A DNA stretch of 64,000 nucleotides from an uncultured archaeon (GTDB lineage: Archaea > Asgardarchaeota > Thorarchaeia > Thorarchaeales > Thorarchaeaceae): assembly GCA_964458565.1 (NCBI GenBank), contig CAYWJO010000001.1, positions 128,001 to 192,000 on the forward strand, given 5' to 3'. Position numbers and translations under genes: made by a program. Under the pieces are notes generated by a model. It saw only the letters and a list, made by a program, of their open reading frames with translations. It was not told the origin of the DNA and did no database searches. Below are positions 1-10,254 of the stretch, one piece after another (position 1 is the first letter of the stretch; every line of letters starts with the position of its first letter).

Positions 1-209
1 AAGAGACAGAAGGAATGATTACTTTATTTTATCCAACGACCGATGTTGTTGACAACATGTATAGAGAACTCAGAGATATCTCAACAACACAACCAGAAGA
101 GAATGAGAAATTTGGTATTTATCATTTCTTCGCTTGTGATCCAGAAGGGCGGTCTCTAGAGTTCCAGTGCTTTCTACACCCCATAGATTACAATTTTGAA
201 GAGTTCTAG
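1..209 (+). CDS. VOC/glyoxalase-family protein, C-terminal part (frame open to window edge)
   Basis: Motif 'IYHFFACDPEGRSLEFQ' is typical of the VOC C-terminus; no upstream in-frame stop inside the window. Confidence 0.7.
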   Translation, partial: ETEGMITLFYPTTDVVDNMYRELRDISTTQPEENEKFGIYHFFACDPEGRSLEFQCFLHPIDYNFEEF

Positions 210-215
210 GATATG

Positions 216-1211
216 TTATCCTACCATCTCTTTAATTGTTACAAAAGGAATCTTCCAAACACTTCCGGTCATTAGACATGTATAGATATAGGCAGAATCA
301 GTGGTGATGTCTTTGATTCCCCGTCCATTAAGTACTGCACAAAGAATTTCGTCATGACTATTGACATCATACACCCGCAAAGACCCATCATCGGATACCG
401 AAAGAAGCAAGCTTTCATGAAGAGCAAGTGCATTAACATTGTCACTATGACCTTCTATCATACCAAGACACTCCCATGTGTTTTTTTCCCAGATCCGGAT
501 TGCGGTTTCAAACTCAGGTGGTCTCGGAGAACCAGGTCCACCCCACCAGATTTCACCGGAACCTGAGTATAGACGAGTCTGATTGCTAATGAGAGAAAAT
601 ACACTAGCGTCCGTACCCCTCAATTCTGTCACTAATTTCAAATCGCTAATTGTTAAGACGTCGATCTTATTTCCAATCCCACCTGTGTAGATGTAGGCGT
701 CATCAACTACTACAGAGAGAAGTATGTCTTGGTCAGATTTGTAGGTGTTGATGTTTTCGTAGGTGGTTTTATCCCAGACACGTATTTCAGAATCCGAAGA
801 ACAGGAGATCAAGAGCTCAGAGTTACCAGTCAAATCTGAAATCGAACTTGTATGACCATCAAGTATCTTGACGACTTCTAGGTTCTCCTTGTCTAGTACA
901 CGAATACGATTATCTAGATAGGAACTTCCAGTATACAGAAAATTCTCATCAATATGCATGCTATTGATGATAGCTCCTCGAATGGTAGTGGAGCAAGCAA
1001 AGGACAGGTCATCTAAATTCCATTTGACAATCTTTCCACTACTGTCTGCTGAGAATACGGAATTAATATCCACAGAAATACATGATAAATCAATACTATG
1101 AATTGATTCATCAGATTTGATAGAACTCCTCCTTATGATGTCATGTCCTAAGTTCTTCGTCTGAATCACACTCTTCGATTTCAATGAATTAAAACAGGAT
1201 TTGAATCTCAA
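216..1211 (-). CDS. WD40-repeat beta-propeller protein
   Basis: Repeats such as GHTSSI..SCSSDSEIRVWD, GHSDNVNAL..SVSDDGSLRVYD, SADSSGKIVKWN; start uncertain. Confidence 0.85.
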   Translation of the reverse strand: MRFKSCFNSLKSKSVIQTKNLGHDIIRRSSIKSDESIHSIDLSCISVDINSVFSADSSGKIVKWNLDDLSFACSTTIRGAIINSMHIDENFLYTGSSYLDNRIRVLDKENLEVVKILDGHTSSISDLTGNSELLISCSSDSEIRVWDKTTYENINTYKSDQDILLSVVVDDAYIYTGGIGNKIDVLTISDLKLVTELRGTDASVFSLISNQTRLYSGSGEIWWGGPGSPRPPEFETAIRIWEKNTWECLGMIEGHSDNVNALALHESLLLSVSDDGSLRVYDVNSHDEILCAVLNGRGIKDITTDSAYIYTCLMTGSVWKIPFVTIKEMVG

Positions 1212-1790
1212 TTAGATTATAGACACAATATTGCTATCTTCAGGTGTCCAACCAAGCTGTTTTGCCTTTTGAAATGCGTCATCTGCTTTCTTATATTTAC
1301 CCTGCAACCAGAGAAGAATTCTCAATTGATTCCAAATTTCTGGGCTATCAGGTCCACCCTTCATTTGTTTTCTTATACAATCTTCCATTTTCTTGCACTG
1401 TTCAACCTCAATCTCACGCATCTCAGAAGCCGTCGTTAGTAGATTGTGGACATATTCGGGATGTCGAGTGAGAACATAATTAAGAAACTCAGAAGGTCTA
1501 TCTCTCATGAATGCTTCAAGAACTGATTTAGGTGTGTCAGTTGCGTGTTCTAAATCACCTTCCACAATTTTACGCTCATAATCACTTTTCATGAACTGTC
1601 TGACTTCATCTAGATTTTTTGTAATAATGTCCTCAGCGCCTCGAGTGAGCGTAGAGTTGTTCCATTCAGTATAGATTAACTCTGCGCCGAATTTGTACAG
1701 GATGCGTGGTGTCGGATTGATTTTCTTCAGATCAGTGACCAAGTTCTTGATTGCATATTTTTTTCTCTTCTTGATCTCCATTGAAATCAC
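1212..1790 (-). CDS. Hypothetical protein with C-terminal TPR-like repeat
   Basis: 'PDSPEIWNQLRILLWLQGKYKKADDAFQKAKQL' resembles a TPR; GGTGA RBS near the start. Confidence 0.6.
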   Translation of the reverse strand: MISMEIKKRKKYAIKNLVTDLKKINPTPRILYKFGAELIYTEWNNSTLTRGAEDIITKNLDEVRQFMKSDYERKIVEGDLEHATDTPKSVLEAFMRDRPSEFLNYVLTRHPEYVHNLLTTASEMREIEVEQCKKMEDCIRKQMKGGPDSPEIWNQLRILLWLQGKYKKADDAFQKAKQLGWTPEDSNIVSII

Positions 1791-1980
1791 CTAACACATC
1801 GCATGTAAATATGCACAATTCCACATAAGTGATATGAAGATGTAGAAATTATGAGGAATATTGGTTAGGTTCTCAAACTTAAATAGTAATTCTATCAATA
1901 TCGAACATCCTGAAGTCCATTCAAGGTCATATAGAGAGCTTTCTCAAGGATTGCGTGCTCATTGAGCAATCGATTCGTTT

Positions 1981-2751
1981 CTAGAAGGGGAGCCCTATTA
2001 GCATCCAATCAGGTAAACCAACAATAAGATTCACGTATAAGACTAGTGTGAGTATGAAAAGAGACAGGATGACAACTGCCCAATCTCGTCTGCGAAATGC
2101 TAATTTCTCCAAATACGTTCTATTCTCACAAGCACCAAAAGCACGAGATTCCATGCTCTCTGCAACTGAGAGCGCACGCCTAATTGAGACAATGATGAGT
2201 GGAACAATAATTGGGACAATATTTCTTATTCTTGTGAGTAAGTTTCCCTTGTCTAGTTCAACGCCTCTTGCTCTTTGTGCATCCATTATGGCATAAGCCT
2301 CGTTTCCAAGAGTTGGAACATATCGCATAGCCATACTTACTGCAAATGCAAACTCAAATCGAACACGCATCTGAATAAGTGCCTGAGACAATTGATCAGG
2401 ATGCACTGTTAAGAAGAAGAGTGAGAAAGAAGTCATGAGGTTCACAAGTCTGAATGTAAGAGCTAAAGAATACGAGAAGGGATATTCAGCACTTGAAAGC
2501 AATGTATTGAATACAAGAATGAATATGAGTAGAACAGAAAGACCTCTCATACTCTTAGTCCAACGCCGCACAGATTTTGATGCCACAATGAGAGGAAAGA
2601 TGAATAGAAACACAATGATATGAGGAATAATTGCGGAGAATAGGAGTGAAACCGTTGCTAGAGCTATAGATAGAACAAGTTTTGCTCTTGGATCAAGATT
2701 ATGAATCACTGAGTCCTGTCTAGTGTATTGAAATATTTCAAGGAAACTCAT
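1981..2751 (-). CDS. ecfT: ECF transporter transmembrane component T
   Basis: LDPRAKL, AQRARG and AESMESRAF motifs; hydrophobic. Confidence 0.92.
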   Translation of the reverse strand: MSFLEIFQYTRQDSVIHNLDPRAKLVLSIALATVSLLFSAIIPHIIVFLFIFPLIVASKSVRRWTKSMRGLSVLLIFILVFNTLLSSAEYPFSYSLALTFRLVNLMTSFSLFFLTVHPDQLSQALIQMRVRFEFAFAVSMAMRYVPTLGNEAYAIMDAQRARGVELDKGNLLTRIRNIVPIIVPLIIVSIRRALSVAESMESRAFGACENRTYLEKLAFRRRDWAVVILSLFILTLVLYVNLIVGLPDWMLIGLPF

Positions 2752-3578
2752 TGAATACCACTCCCAAGGATTTGCATAATTGCATACTCAAGTTCATCTA
2801 GTTGGGTCAAACGCGGGGATATATCAGAATACAATTTCCCTAAAGCCTGAGCTGCCTGAGTCATTTGTGGACTGGTCAGTGAACAAATATTGAGTACTTC
2901 TTGGTTACTCAAAACTGACCCAGTTGGACCATCAGCAATTATTCGACCATCAGCCATGGCTATTGTTCGTGGAAAATGCTCTATTACAAACTCGATGTCA
3001 TGAGTGACAACAATGACTGTTTTCCCCTCACTATTCATTTCCATTAGAAGTTCAGCTAAATACCTTTTTTGAAGCGCATCTTGGCCAATTGTAGGTTCAT
3101 CCAGGGCGAGAATCCTAGGTTGGCTCGCTAGAACCGAAGCAAGAGCAACACGCTTACGTTCGCCACCAGAAAGAGAAAAGGGAGAGCGTTCCACCAAATC
3201 AATTATACCCAGTTTTTCTAGAGTTGCTTGAGCTTTTTCGTTTGCTTCATCCTCTGAGAACCCCAATTTCTTAAGACCAAATAGAACCTCCTTTTCTACA
3301 GTATCCAAGAATAATTGGTGGTCAGGATTTTGAAAGACTAAACCCACTTCACGAGCGATTTCTGCAACTGACATATGAGAAGTATTTCGATCATCAAGGA
3401 ACACTCTTCCTTTTTGAGGCCTCAATAGACCGTTGATGTGTTTTATCAGAGTAGTCTTCCCAGCACCATTTGAACCCATTATTGCGACCAGTTCATTGGA
3501 GTCAATTTGTAGTGATACCCCTCTGAGAGCAGTATAGATTCCCTCGTAGGTGAAATGAATGTTCTCAAGCATTATCAT
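2748..3578 (-). CDS. ecfA2: ECF transporter ATPase
   Basis: Walker A GSNGAGKTT, FQNPDHQL, LSGGE, LDEPT. Confidence 0.9.
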   Translation of the reverse strand: MIMLENIHFTYEGIYTALRGVSLQIDSNELVAIMGSNGAGKTTLIKHINGLLRPQKGRVFLDDRNTSHMSVAEIAREVGLVFQNPDHQLFLDTVEKEVLFGLKKLGFSEDEANEKAQATLEKLGIIDLVERSPFSLSGGERKRVALASVLASQPRILALDEPTIGQDALQKRYLAELLMEMNSEGKTVIVVTHDIEFVIEHFPRTIAMADGRIIADGPTGSVLSNQEVLNICSLTSPQMTQAAQALGKLYSDISPRLTQLDELEYAIMQILGSGIQ

Positions 3579-4417
3579 CTTCTTGAGACCTCCTTCACCA
3601 TTTGAGCCAACTCTTCACCTGAGAGGGGGACGTCTAGAAGATCTATTCCATGCAGATGAAGTCGTTTATAGATTTGAGTCGCCTTCGGGACACCCACCCC
3701 TATTTCATCACAGAGGCCCATAATTAGAACCTCCTTTGGTGTACCGTCCGCAACTATTGATCCTTGATTCATCAGGATGATCCTAGATGCATCTTGAGCA
3801 ACAAGGTCTAACCGATGTTCCACCAAGACTATGGTCATTCCTTGTTTGTTTAGGGAAGATAAAATTTTGAGAATAGATTCTGCACTCTTTGGATCTAGAT
3901 TCGATGTTGGTTCATCAGCAACAAGAATTCTCGGTTTCATTGCAAGTGTAGAGGCCATGGCAACTCGCTGTTGTTCACCGCCAGACATCTCATGCGGATG
4001 TTTATCACGCAGATGTGTGAGATCAAATAAATCAATTAATTCCTCGACCCGTATCCGGATTTCTTCTGGAGGGACACCAAGATTCTCAGGGCCGAAGGCA
4101 ATCTCTTTCTCAACATTGAGTGTGACTAGTTGATTTTCAGGTTGTTGAAACACCATACCAGCTATAGTTGAAAGAGTCGCAACCTCATTCTCTCTAGTGT
4201 CCATGGAATCAACATAGACGTGGCCAGCAATGTAACCACGATGAAATTGTGGAACTAAACCATTTATCGCTCGACAAAGAGTTGTTTTACCACAACCAGA
4301 GGGTCCAGTGATGACAACATATTCGCCTTCGTCGATGGAGATATTTATTTTTCTAAGCGCTAAGGAATCAGCTCCAATGTATTTGAAGCTGAAATTATCA
4401 AAAGATATTAGCGCCAT
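3575..4417 (-). CDS. ecfA1: ECF transporter ATPase (likely start 4417, MALISF)
   Basis: GPSGCGKTT, FQQPENQL, MSGGEQQR, DEPTSNLD. Confidence 0.9.
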   Translation of the reverse strand: MALISFDNFSFKYIGADSLALRKINISIDEGEYVVITGPSGCGKTTLCRAINGLVPQFHRGYIAGHVYVDSMDTRENEVATLSTIAGMVFQQPENQLVTLNVEKEIAFGPENLGVPPEEIRIRVEELIDLFDLTHLRDKHPHEMSGGEQQRVAMASTLAMKPRILVADEPTSNLDPKSAESILKILSSLNKQGMTIVLVEHRLDLVAQDASRIILMNQGSIVADGTPKEVLIMGLCDEIGVGVPKATQIYKRLHLHGIDLLDVPLSGEELAQMVKEVSRR

Positions 4418-4430
4418 AGTTTTCACCTTA

Positions 4431-5432
4431 TTAAGATTCACAATCAGAGGGGTTTCGTTTCTCAATAGCCTCCCTGATAAGCTCTACTGAACGAAGCAGT
4501 GCCTCCTCTCTATTTCGAGTGCCATTTGCGCCAGCAGCATTTGCATGACCGCCACCCTCACCCCCTATTATCTCACCTAATGGCTCCATCACATCAGTAC
4601 CAAGATTCACACCAGTTTCTCTGAAAAATTCCGAGGTGCTTCTTGAACTCAAGCGGACTTTGTCTTTTGCTTGTTTACCACCAATTATAGCTACATCAGC
4701 ACCAAGATCTATCAGACCACGACATGCACTCGCTTCGTAAGCTCCAATCTTTGAAATCACTATAACCCAGCCATGTATATCATAAACACGAAGGCGTCCT
4801 GCTGCTTTTAATCTTGCAATTCGCTCTGATCTATCTGGACGTATTATCAGTGACTCAACACAAGCAAGATAATCGGCTCCAGATTCAATCAAGTGGATTG
4901 CAGCTTCCAGAGTTCTCTGATCTGCATAGAAAAAACGTCTGGTATCAAATAATATACCTGTAAGAAGAAGATTAGCTATTTTTGAAGAGAATTCGACCCT
5001 GAGATCCTGAAATAATGATACGAGTATCTCACAAGTTGAGAATCGATCACTTTCTACTATAGCATGAGTTGTTATCTTTTCGATGTCTGGATTTTCCTCA
5101 TGGTGATCTATCACAATGGTTTTGTCGGGACAATCAAATGAGTTTTCCAGAGTTGGACCTAGTTGATAGCGGCTATTGGTGTCTAGGAGGACATATAGAT
5201 CAGGATCTTCATCAATTGAATTTATAATTTCAATAGGACCATAAAAAGTATTCATTACCTGGACCGCAACACGGCTTATATCATCACAAGCAAATGATAC
5301 GAGTCCATCAGGTCTAATTGATTTATACAGCTCTTTGAATGCAATCATTGAACATATAGCATCAGGATCTGCGTTATGATGACCAAGAATAATAATTGAA
5401 GATGCTGACTCCAGCCGACTGATGATATTCAA
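4431..5432 (-). CDS. DHH/DHHA1 family phosphoesterase
   Basis: HHNADPDA, DT, IDHH and GGGHANAAG motifs; typical member of the archaeal exosome superoperon. Confidence 0.9.
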   Translation of the reverse strand: MNIISRLESASSIIILGHHNADPDAICSMIAFKELYKSIRPDGLVSFACDDISRVAVQVMNTFYGPIEIINSIDEDPDLYVLLDTNSRYQLGPTLENSFDCPDKTIVIDHHEENPDIEKITTHAIVESDRFSTCEILVSLFQDLRVEFSSKIANLLLTGILFDTRRFFYADQRTLEAAIHLIESGADYLACVESLIIRPDRSERIARLKAAGRLRVYDIHGWVIVISKIGAYEASACRGLIDLGADVAIIGGKQAKDKVRLSSRSTSEFFRETGVNLGTDVMEPLGEIIGGEGGGHANAAGANGTRNREEALLRSVELIREAIEKRNPSDCES

Positions 5433-5740
5433 TCACCTTTCATCTCCCGCAATTCTTTCTCTAGCCAGCTCATACCAAACTCCGCAGCTTGTGTAACTAA
5501 GACATCTAAATCCTGTCCATTATCATATTTTTGAGAGATGTCAATAGCAATGTCTACATCAAGTTTGTTTGTGAATTCAAGTGAGCAGCTTACTGAGAGC
5601 TCTTCAATACTCTTCTGCGGGATTCTTGAAAGGAGATAATTTGTTACTTCATTCTCGCAGGCTTCAGCTAGAGATTCGAGATCATCCTCGGATAACAGAG
5701 GAAGTCCAATTTCTGTAAAATTATCATTCATCTCTCTCAC
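5429..5740 (-). CDS. DUF3194-like small acidic protein
   Basis: Size and position between pfdB and the DHH gene; IGLPLLSEDDLE N-terminus. Confidence 0.6.
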   Translation of the reverse strand: MREMNDNFTEIGLPLLSEDDLESLAEACENEVTNYLLSRIPQKSIEELSVSCSLEFTNKLDVDIAIDISQKYDNGQDLDVLVTQAAEFGMSWLEKELREMKGD

Positions 5741-6099
5741 TGAAGTTTTAGATTTTGCTTGCTCAACTCAACCTGTATCTTATTCTGGAGCTCTGTGAGC
5801 TTCTCAGTTAGAGTCTGAATCTGTTTCTTGGTTGATGCAAGACGCATGTCGAGAGTTTTCTCACGGTCCTGTAAGTCGTCAACAAGCTTTGGTTTTTCCA
5901 CCTTGAACATGATCTGACCTACGGCTTTGTAGGTTAGAGTGTCTTCAGGTTGCCCTTTAAGCTCTTCAAGTGTGGCTTTTGTTTCTGAGAGTTCACTCTG
6001 CATAGTCTGTGCCATCGATTGAAGGGTTTCAAGATTTCTTCTCATAGTGTCAAATTTCTGCAGTTCTTGTTCAAGTGCAGGGGGTATAGTCTGGGCCAT
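5737..6099 (-). CDS. pfdB: Prefoldin beta subunit
   Basis: Coiled coil / 'TYKAVGQIMFK' hairpin / coiled coil; superoperon position. Confidence 0.92.
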   Translation of the reverse strand: MAQTIPPALEQELQKFDTMRRNLETLQSMAQTMQSELSETKATLEELKGQPEDTLTYKAVGQIMFKVEKPKLVDDLQDREKTLDMRLASTKKQIQTLTEKLTELQNKIQVELSKQNLKLQ

Positions 6100-6185
6100 T
6101 TTATATCATCCTCATCATAAGGCCGATTCACACTTCGCCAAAGTTATGTTGACTTAAGCATTTTGGCATATTACCATCTTTCACA

Positions 6186-6437
6186 TTACTTATCGTTGGT
6201 CAATACTTCCAATGTTCGTTGACATGATGAAATCCAAGCAAGAAATGAATTCATTGATGCCCTAAGTGCAGTCAAATCTTGAGCTTCTATAATAAGATGG
6301 ATCCCATTTTCTTTCTGGACAGCTGTAGTCGTAGCACGTTCTGATGCCACTTCCTTTGTTTCAGGTTCTAATGCAGAGAGAACAACTGATGCAGCCTGAC
6401 TTGATGAAAATTCAATATTTAATTCAGCCTTAGCCAT
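6186..6437 (-). CDS. pcc1: KEOPS complex Pcc1 subunit (likely start 6437)
   Basis: 'ALEPE...IEAQDLTALRASMNSFL' signature. Confidence 0.88.
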   Translation of the reverse strand: MAKAELNIEFSSSQAASVVLSALEPETKEVASERATTTAVQKENGIHLIIEAQDLTALRASMNSFLAWISSCQRTLEVLTNDK

Positions 6438-6491
6438 AGTAAGAAAGGATTTTGAATCGGGCTCAGAAAGATCTGTCAACATATCTACATC

Positions 6492-7046
6492 CTAGAAATT
6501 CGATTTAATAGACTTAATACGCACTCTTGGACCAATCTCATTTCCTGTACGAGCATGGTAATAAGTCCAAATAATCCTTGACCCCGTTGACTCTAGCCAG
6601 CTCACAGCTTGATGGTCACCATTCTCCAGAAGGGGAATATCAGACATTTCCATGGCGTCTACATTGAATAGCGAAGAAAGGAAATTGGATAATATTCGAG
6701 TTTCCTCATTTGACTCAGGTCTAACACAGAGATAGGATATTTCATGAATACGGGGAGTCTTTGTTCTATTTACTTCTCGCCTTAGAATTGCACTTTCAAT
6801 ATTTACCTCTAGAATAAGATCACCTTGCTCATTGTAGAACATCAATGCATCAGGGTTACCACGAAATATTGTGACTACAATGATTGCCTGAGCGCCAGTT
6901 TGATGGACCCTTGCGAAAAGTTCCTCTTGATTTAATGAACCCCTATTGAATCGTTCACTATCCGGAATAACTGTGGAAAGGTCTCGTACAAATGAACGAA
7001 CTCTGTTAGAGGTTCGCCGAGAGGTGGTTATAAGAACTGAGGGCAC
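6492..7046 (-). CDS. Brix-domain ribosome biogenesis protein (Imp4-like)
   Basis: 'LITTSRRTSNRVRSFVRDL...NRG' and 'GPRVRI'. Confidence 0.88.
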   Translation of the reverse strand: MPSVLITTSRRTSNRVRSFVRDLSTVIPDSERFNRGSLNQEELFARVHQTGAQAIIVVTIFRGNPDALMFYNEQGDLILEVNIESAILRREVNRTKTPRIHEISYLCVRPESNEETRILSNFLSSLFNVDAMEMSDIPLLENGDHQAVSWLESTGSRIIWTYYHARTGNEIGPRVRIKSIKSNF

Positions 7047-7075
7047 GTTCGCCCCCTCACAATTTTAGGCAGAGA

Positions 7076-7534
7076 TTACTCTGCGTAATCCTCATCCGCC
7101 TCGGTGTCAGGCTCAAATTCATCATCAAACTCATCGTCTAACTGAGCTTCTATCTCAGCTTCAAGAGCATCGAGTTCTGCTTCCCTCTCGCGAATCGTTT
7201 CATCGATTGGAGTCATAAATTCAGGGACAACCTCATCCTCAGTATCATCACGCAGAGAAAGAAGTTCATCAGATGTCCTCTGATCGATGGCGCGTCTAGC
7301 GGCTCGGCCTGCATCAGTATAGGGAACATACGCACCACCTGCAAAGAGAATGTCACATTTCCCACATCGCCAAAGACCAGCAGCAGTTCGTTTCAAAGAT
7401 CCCTTTGTAGCGCAGGATGGACAACGATGAGGCTCGCTACGTCGCTTATCAATATCGAGTACCCTACGTCTGAGTTTGGCTCCATATCGAGGACCAAATC
7501 TTCCTGTGCTACCAACCTTCTTGGTACGTGCCAT
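7076..7534 (-). CDS. rpl37ae: 50S ribosomal protein L37Ae (eL43) with long acidic C-terminal extension
   Basis: GRFGPRYG, CPSC..CGKC zinc ribbon, GGAYVP. Confidence 0.95.
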   Translation of the reverse strand: MARTKKVGSTGRFGPRYGAKLRRRVLDIDKRRSEPHRCPSCATKGSLKRTAAGLWRCGKCDILFAGGAYVPYTDAGRAARRAIDQRTSDELLSLRDDTEDEVVPEFMTPIDETIREREAELDALEAEIEAQLDDEFDDEFEPDTEADEDYAE

Positions 7535-7603
7535 TATTTTCTCACCCTGTATCTTGGGGTTATCAGTCGCCCTTCAATTTCACTTATTAGCATATCTATG
7601 TGT

Positions 7604-7635
7604 CAGAGGAGGAATCTGGAAAATCCAGACTCTCC
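7604..7635 (-). terminator. Stem-loop just downstream of the rrp42 stop (terminator or processing site)
   Basis: TCTGGA-AAA-TCCAGA inner stem extended by GGAG/CTCC. Confidence 0.35.
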
Positions 7636-7645
7636 AAGACAGTTA

Positions 7646-8482
7646 CTAATCTGTACCCTTTATTGTACGTTTTAGCAAAGTTCTGAGATCCTTTGTACGC
7701 TCCAAAGCAATACCCATTGCATGGTCTATGTCTTCAATAGAAAGCGGGCCTACACCACCACCCTTCTGTAGTGCGGTGAAATTGTCCTTCTCATCCACAG
7801 CCATGGTGAGTCTACAATCCTGAACCATTTCTTCACGCAGGGTTGGATCAAGAACGAGGTGTTTCCCAATTCGAGCAACCGTACATTCAATGGCCATATT
7901 TTGAATTGGAACTTCGAGTTCTTTTCCGGTCTGAACGAGTTCTCCTCCTTCAAGCTTCATCTCAGGAAACCTTGAAGTCATCATGGCAGCATTTGCAGCC
8001 AATGACGATGCATCTATTAGATTACCATCGTATTCGAGCGGATAAATATCGACAAATACCATGTAAACACTCTTGCCTTTCTCGATGCAGAGCTTCTTAA
8101 CATCAACAGTTTCGGACTCCCGGACTCCTCTATCAACAACTCGTGCTAATTCAATTGCGTCTTCTTTAGGAGGCCCTAGTTCAAACAACGGAGATGCAAT
8201 CGGTGGCATCTCAGCAGTAACCATCACAACACCCTCATCGGGATTGTCTGAATATGGTTCACCTGTCAGAACTTTGACTCCTGCAACAACAGTTGTATCG
8301 CCTATCCGAACAATTGCAGACCCCTCTGCTTTTGCAGGCACAACATCCATTTCAATTTGAATTTCTCGATATTCATCAAATGCACGTCCATCTACACGTT
8401 CATTCTTAGCTAAGAGATCCAACATGAAACGTCTGTCAATTTGACTAATTACTTCGGAACTAAAATCACCCATTTGACTCAT
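7646..8482 (-). CDS. rrp42: Exosome subunit Rrp42
   Basis: RVDGRAFDEYR, AEGSAIVRIGDT, ELARVVDRGVRES, DGNLIDA. Confidence 0.95.
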   Translation of the reverse strand: MSQMGDFSSEVISQIDRRFMLDLLAKNERVDGRAFDEYREIQIEMDVVPAKAEGSAIVRIGDTTVVAGVKVLTGEPYSDNPDEGVVMVTAEMPPIASPLFELGPPKEDAIELARVVDRGVRESETVDVKKLCIEKGKSVYMVFVDIYPLEYDGNLIDASSLAANAAMMTSRFPEMKLEGGELVQTGKELEVPIQNMAIECTVARIGKHLVLDPTLREEMVQDCRLTMAVDEKDNFTALQKGGGVGPLSIEDIDHAMGIALERTKDLRTLLKRTIKGTD

Positions 8483-9294
8483 TCCTCCATCAGGTCGGAT
8501 TCTCCAAGATCCGTTTCGAGATCATCTTCATAATCATCATCTTCATCATCATCTTCATCGAGCTCTGAAACTCGCTTTGCATATGCTCTCTTGAGAGCAT
8601 CTTTCTGGAGCTCATGGATATACTTCATCGCATTGATACCCAGCTGCATAGCCTCTAGAAGCTCTTCACGAGTGAAAGAGCCATCTTGCTGTAAGAGAGT
8701 AATTTCTCCTGTATCAGGAAGAATCGCCATGGGAATATCTCCCTGACCATACTTGTCCTCTTCATCTCCCAAGTCAACAAGTAATTGACCATCAGCTTTA
8801 CCCACAGCGACAGCAGGTACAAGAGTTTTCATAGGAATTCCTGCATCAGCAAGTGCCAATGATGCAGCGTTTATTGCTGCACATCTTGTTCCACCATCTG
8901 CTTGAATCACTTGTATAAACACATCAATAACAGCTCGGGGAAATTCCTCTAAGAATAATGCGGGTTGCAATGCATTAGAAATGACCATCGAAATCTCTCG
9001 CTCTCTTCGAGAAGGAGCGGGACGTTTTCGATCTGGTACAGAGAATGTTGCCATTCTGTACACACATCTTAGATAGGCTCTATCATTCAAAGTTAGGTGT
9101 CGTGGGTGTAACTCACGAGGACCATAGACGGCGGCAAGTATGTAAGTCTTCCCTTGTCTAATTAGGGCCGAACCGTCAGCCTGTTTTAAAACACCTACCT
9201 CTAATTGTATGGGACGCATCTCATCTGGACGTCTACCATCAACTCTCAATCCTTCAGGACTAATAAGAAAGTCCGGTTTAACTTCGGGGCTCAT
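8479..9294 (-). CDS. rrp41: Exosome catalytic subunit Rrp41 with acidic tail
   Basis: RVDGRRPDEMR, VYGPRELHPRH, ADGGTRCA. Confidence 0.96.
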   Translation of the reverse strand: MSPEVKPDFLISPEGLRVDGRRPDEMRPIQLEVGVLKQADGSALIRQGKTYILAAVYGPRELHPRHLTLNDRAYLRCVYRMATFSVPDRKRPAPSRREREISMVISNALQPALFLEEFPRAVIDVFIQVIQADGGTRCAAINAASLALADAGIPMKTLVPAVAVGKADGQLLVDLGDEEDKYGQGDIPMAILPDTGEITLLQQDGSFTREELLEAMQLGINAMKYIHELQKDALKRAYAKRVSELDEDDDEDDDYEDDLETDLGESDLMEE

Positions 9295-10205
9295 TATTCT
9301 ATAACATCCTCCTCATTTTTATCAACATCTTCTTCATCTTTGGATTCCGTGAGAGTTTCTTCCTCTACCGGATCGACAATCTCATCTGATTCTGCTTCTT
9401 CTACTTGTGCTTCGTCCTCTTCAGGTTCTACTTCAGTAGTTTCTTCTTCATCAGGAATATCTGAGATGACCTCTATATCGTCATCGGCCTTTTCGTCAGT
9501 GGATGAATCTACTTCCTCATCCCTAAGACTCGCCATCTCTTCAACAAGCATTTGATTTACTCTGTCAGTCAACTTTGATGTGTGAGCTTCATCTTCAATC
9601 ATTCTAAATGCTTTAATTGCGAGACGAAGTATTGGGATATTGGGAGCTTTAATCCAAATTCTACCATTTTGTCCTACAACTGTTTGAATCTGAAGTTGAT
9701 TATTTACCATATTAATCATTGACCCTCTACGACCGATGATACGAGGTATCTTTGCGGGACTCACACGTAAAATCATTCCATCAGTAAGCTTGCGAAGACC
9801 ACGTCCCTTCATCGATAGATAGGGACCACTAACTCGATCAAATGCAATTACTTCTGCAGTCACAACATCTCCGATATCCATGTATCGTGAGATATCATCA
9901 TCATATGGACGTCTCAAGGCATTGTTTGCATGCAATGAGGCCTGATATGGACCTCCGATGTCAATCTTCCAATTGTTTCCTGCAACTATTGTTATTGTTC
10001 CAAGTACAAGGTCTCCTTCTCGCGGAATATATACACCCTCGAGAGGCACAACCTTTACTGTATTACCACGAAGCTCTGCAAGCCCGACTACTGCGGCAAA
10101 TATCCGCTCACCATCATCGTAAGTTCCTACTGATGGTCGGTATCTGCCTTCTGCAAGTAACTGGCCTGGTACTACAACTTCGCGTTTCTGAAAATATACT
10201 GCCAA
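9294..10205 (-). CDS. rrp4: Exosome RNA-binding subunit Rrp4 (S1+KH) with long acidic tail
   Basis: VVPGQLL, YIPREGDLVLG, IPRIIGRRGSMI, VGQNGRIW, EAHTSKLTD. Confidence 0.95.
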   Translation of the reverse strand: MAVYFQKREVVVPGQLLAEGRYRPSVGTYDDGERIFAAVVGLAELRGNTVKVVPLEGVYIPREGDLVLGTITIVAGNNWKIDIGGPYQASLHANNALRRPYDDDISRYMDIGDVVTAEVIAFDRVSGPYLSMKGRGLRKLTDGMILRVSPAKIPRIIGRRGSMINMVNNQLQIQTVVGQNGRIWIKAPNIPILRLAIKAFRMIEDEAHTSKLTDRVNQMLVEEMASLRDEEVDSSTDEKADDDIEVISDIPDEEETTEVEPEEDEAQVEEAESDEIVDPVEEETLTESKDEEDVDKNEEDVIE

Positions 10206-10254
10206 TTTATTCCCTCTATTATTTTATTATCGTAATTTCTGTCTTGATTAGTAA

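Noticed and set aside
512-568. 8-bp inverted repeat (ACTCAGGT/ACCTGAGT) flanking the loop insertion in the WD40 gene, as a possible second BHB intron
   Set aside because: Central and inner helices pair poorly, and canonical cuts would shift the frame of an already intact ORF.
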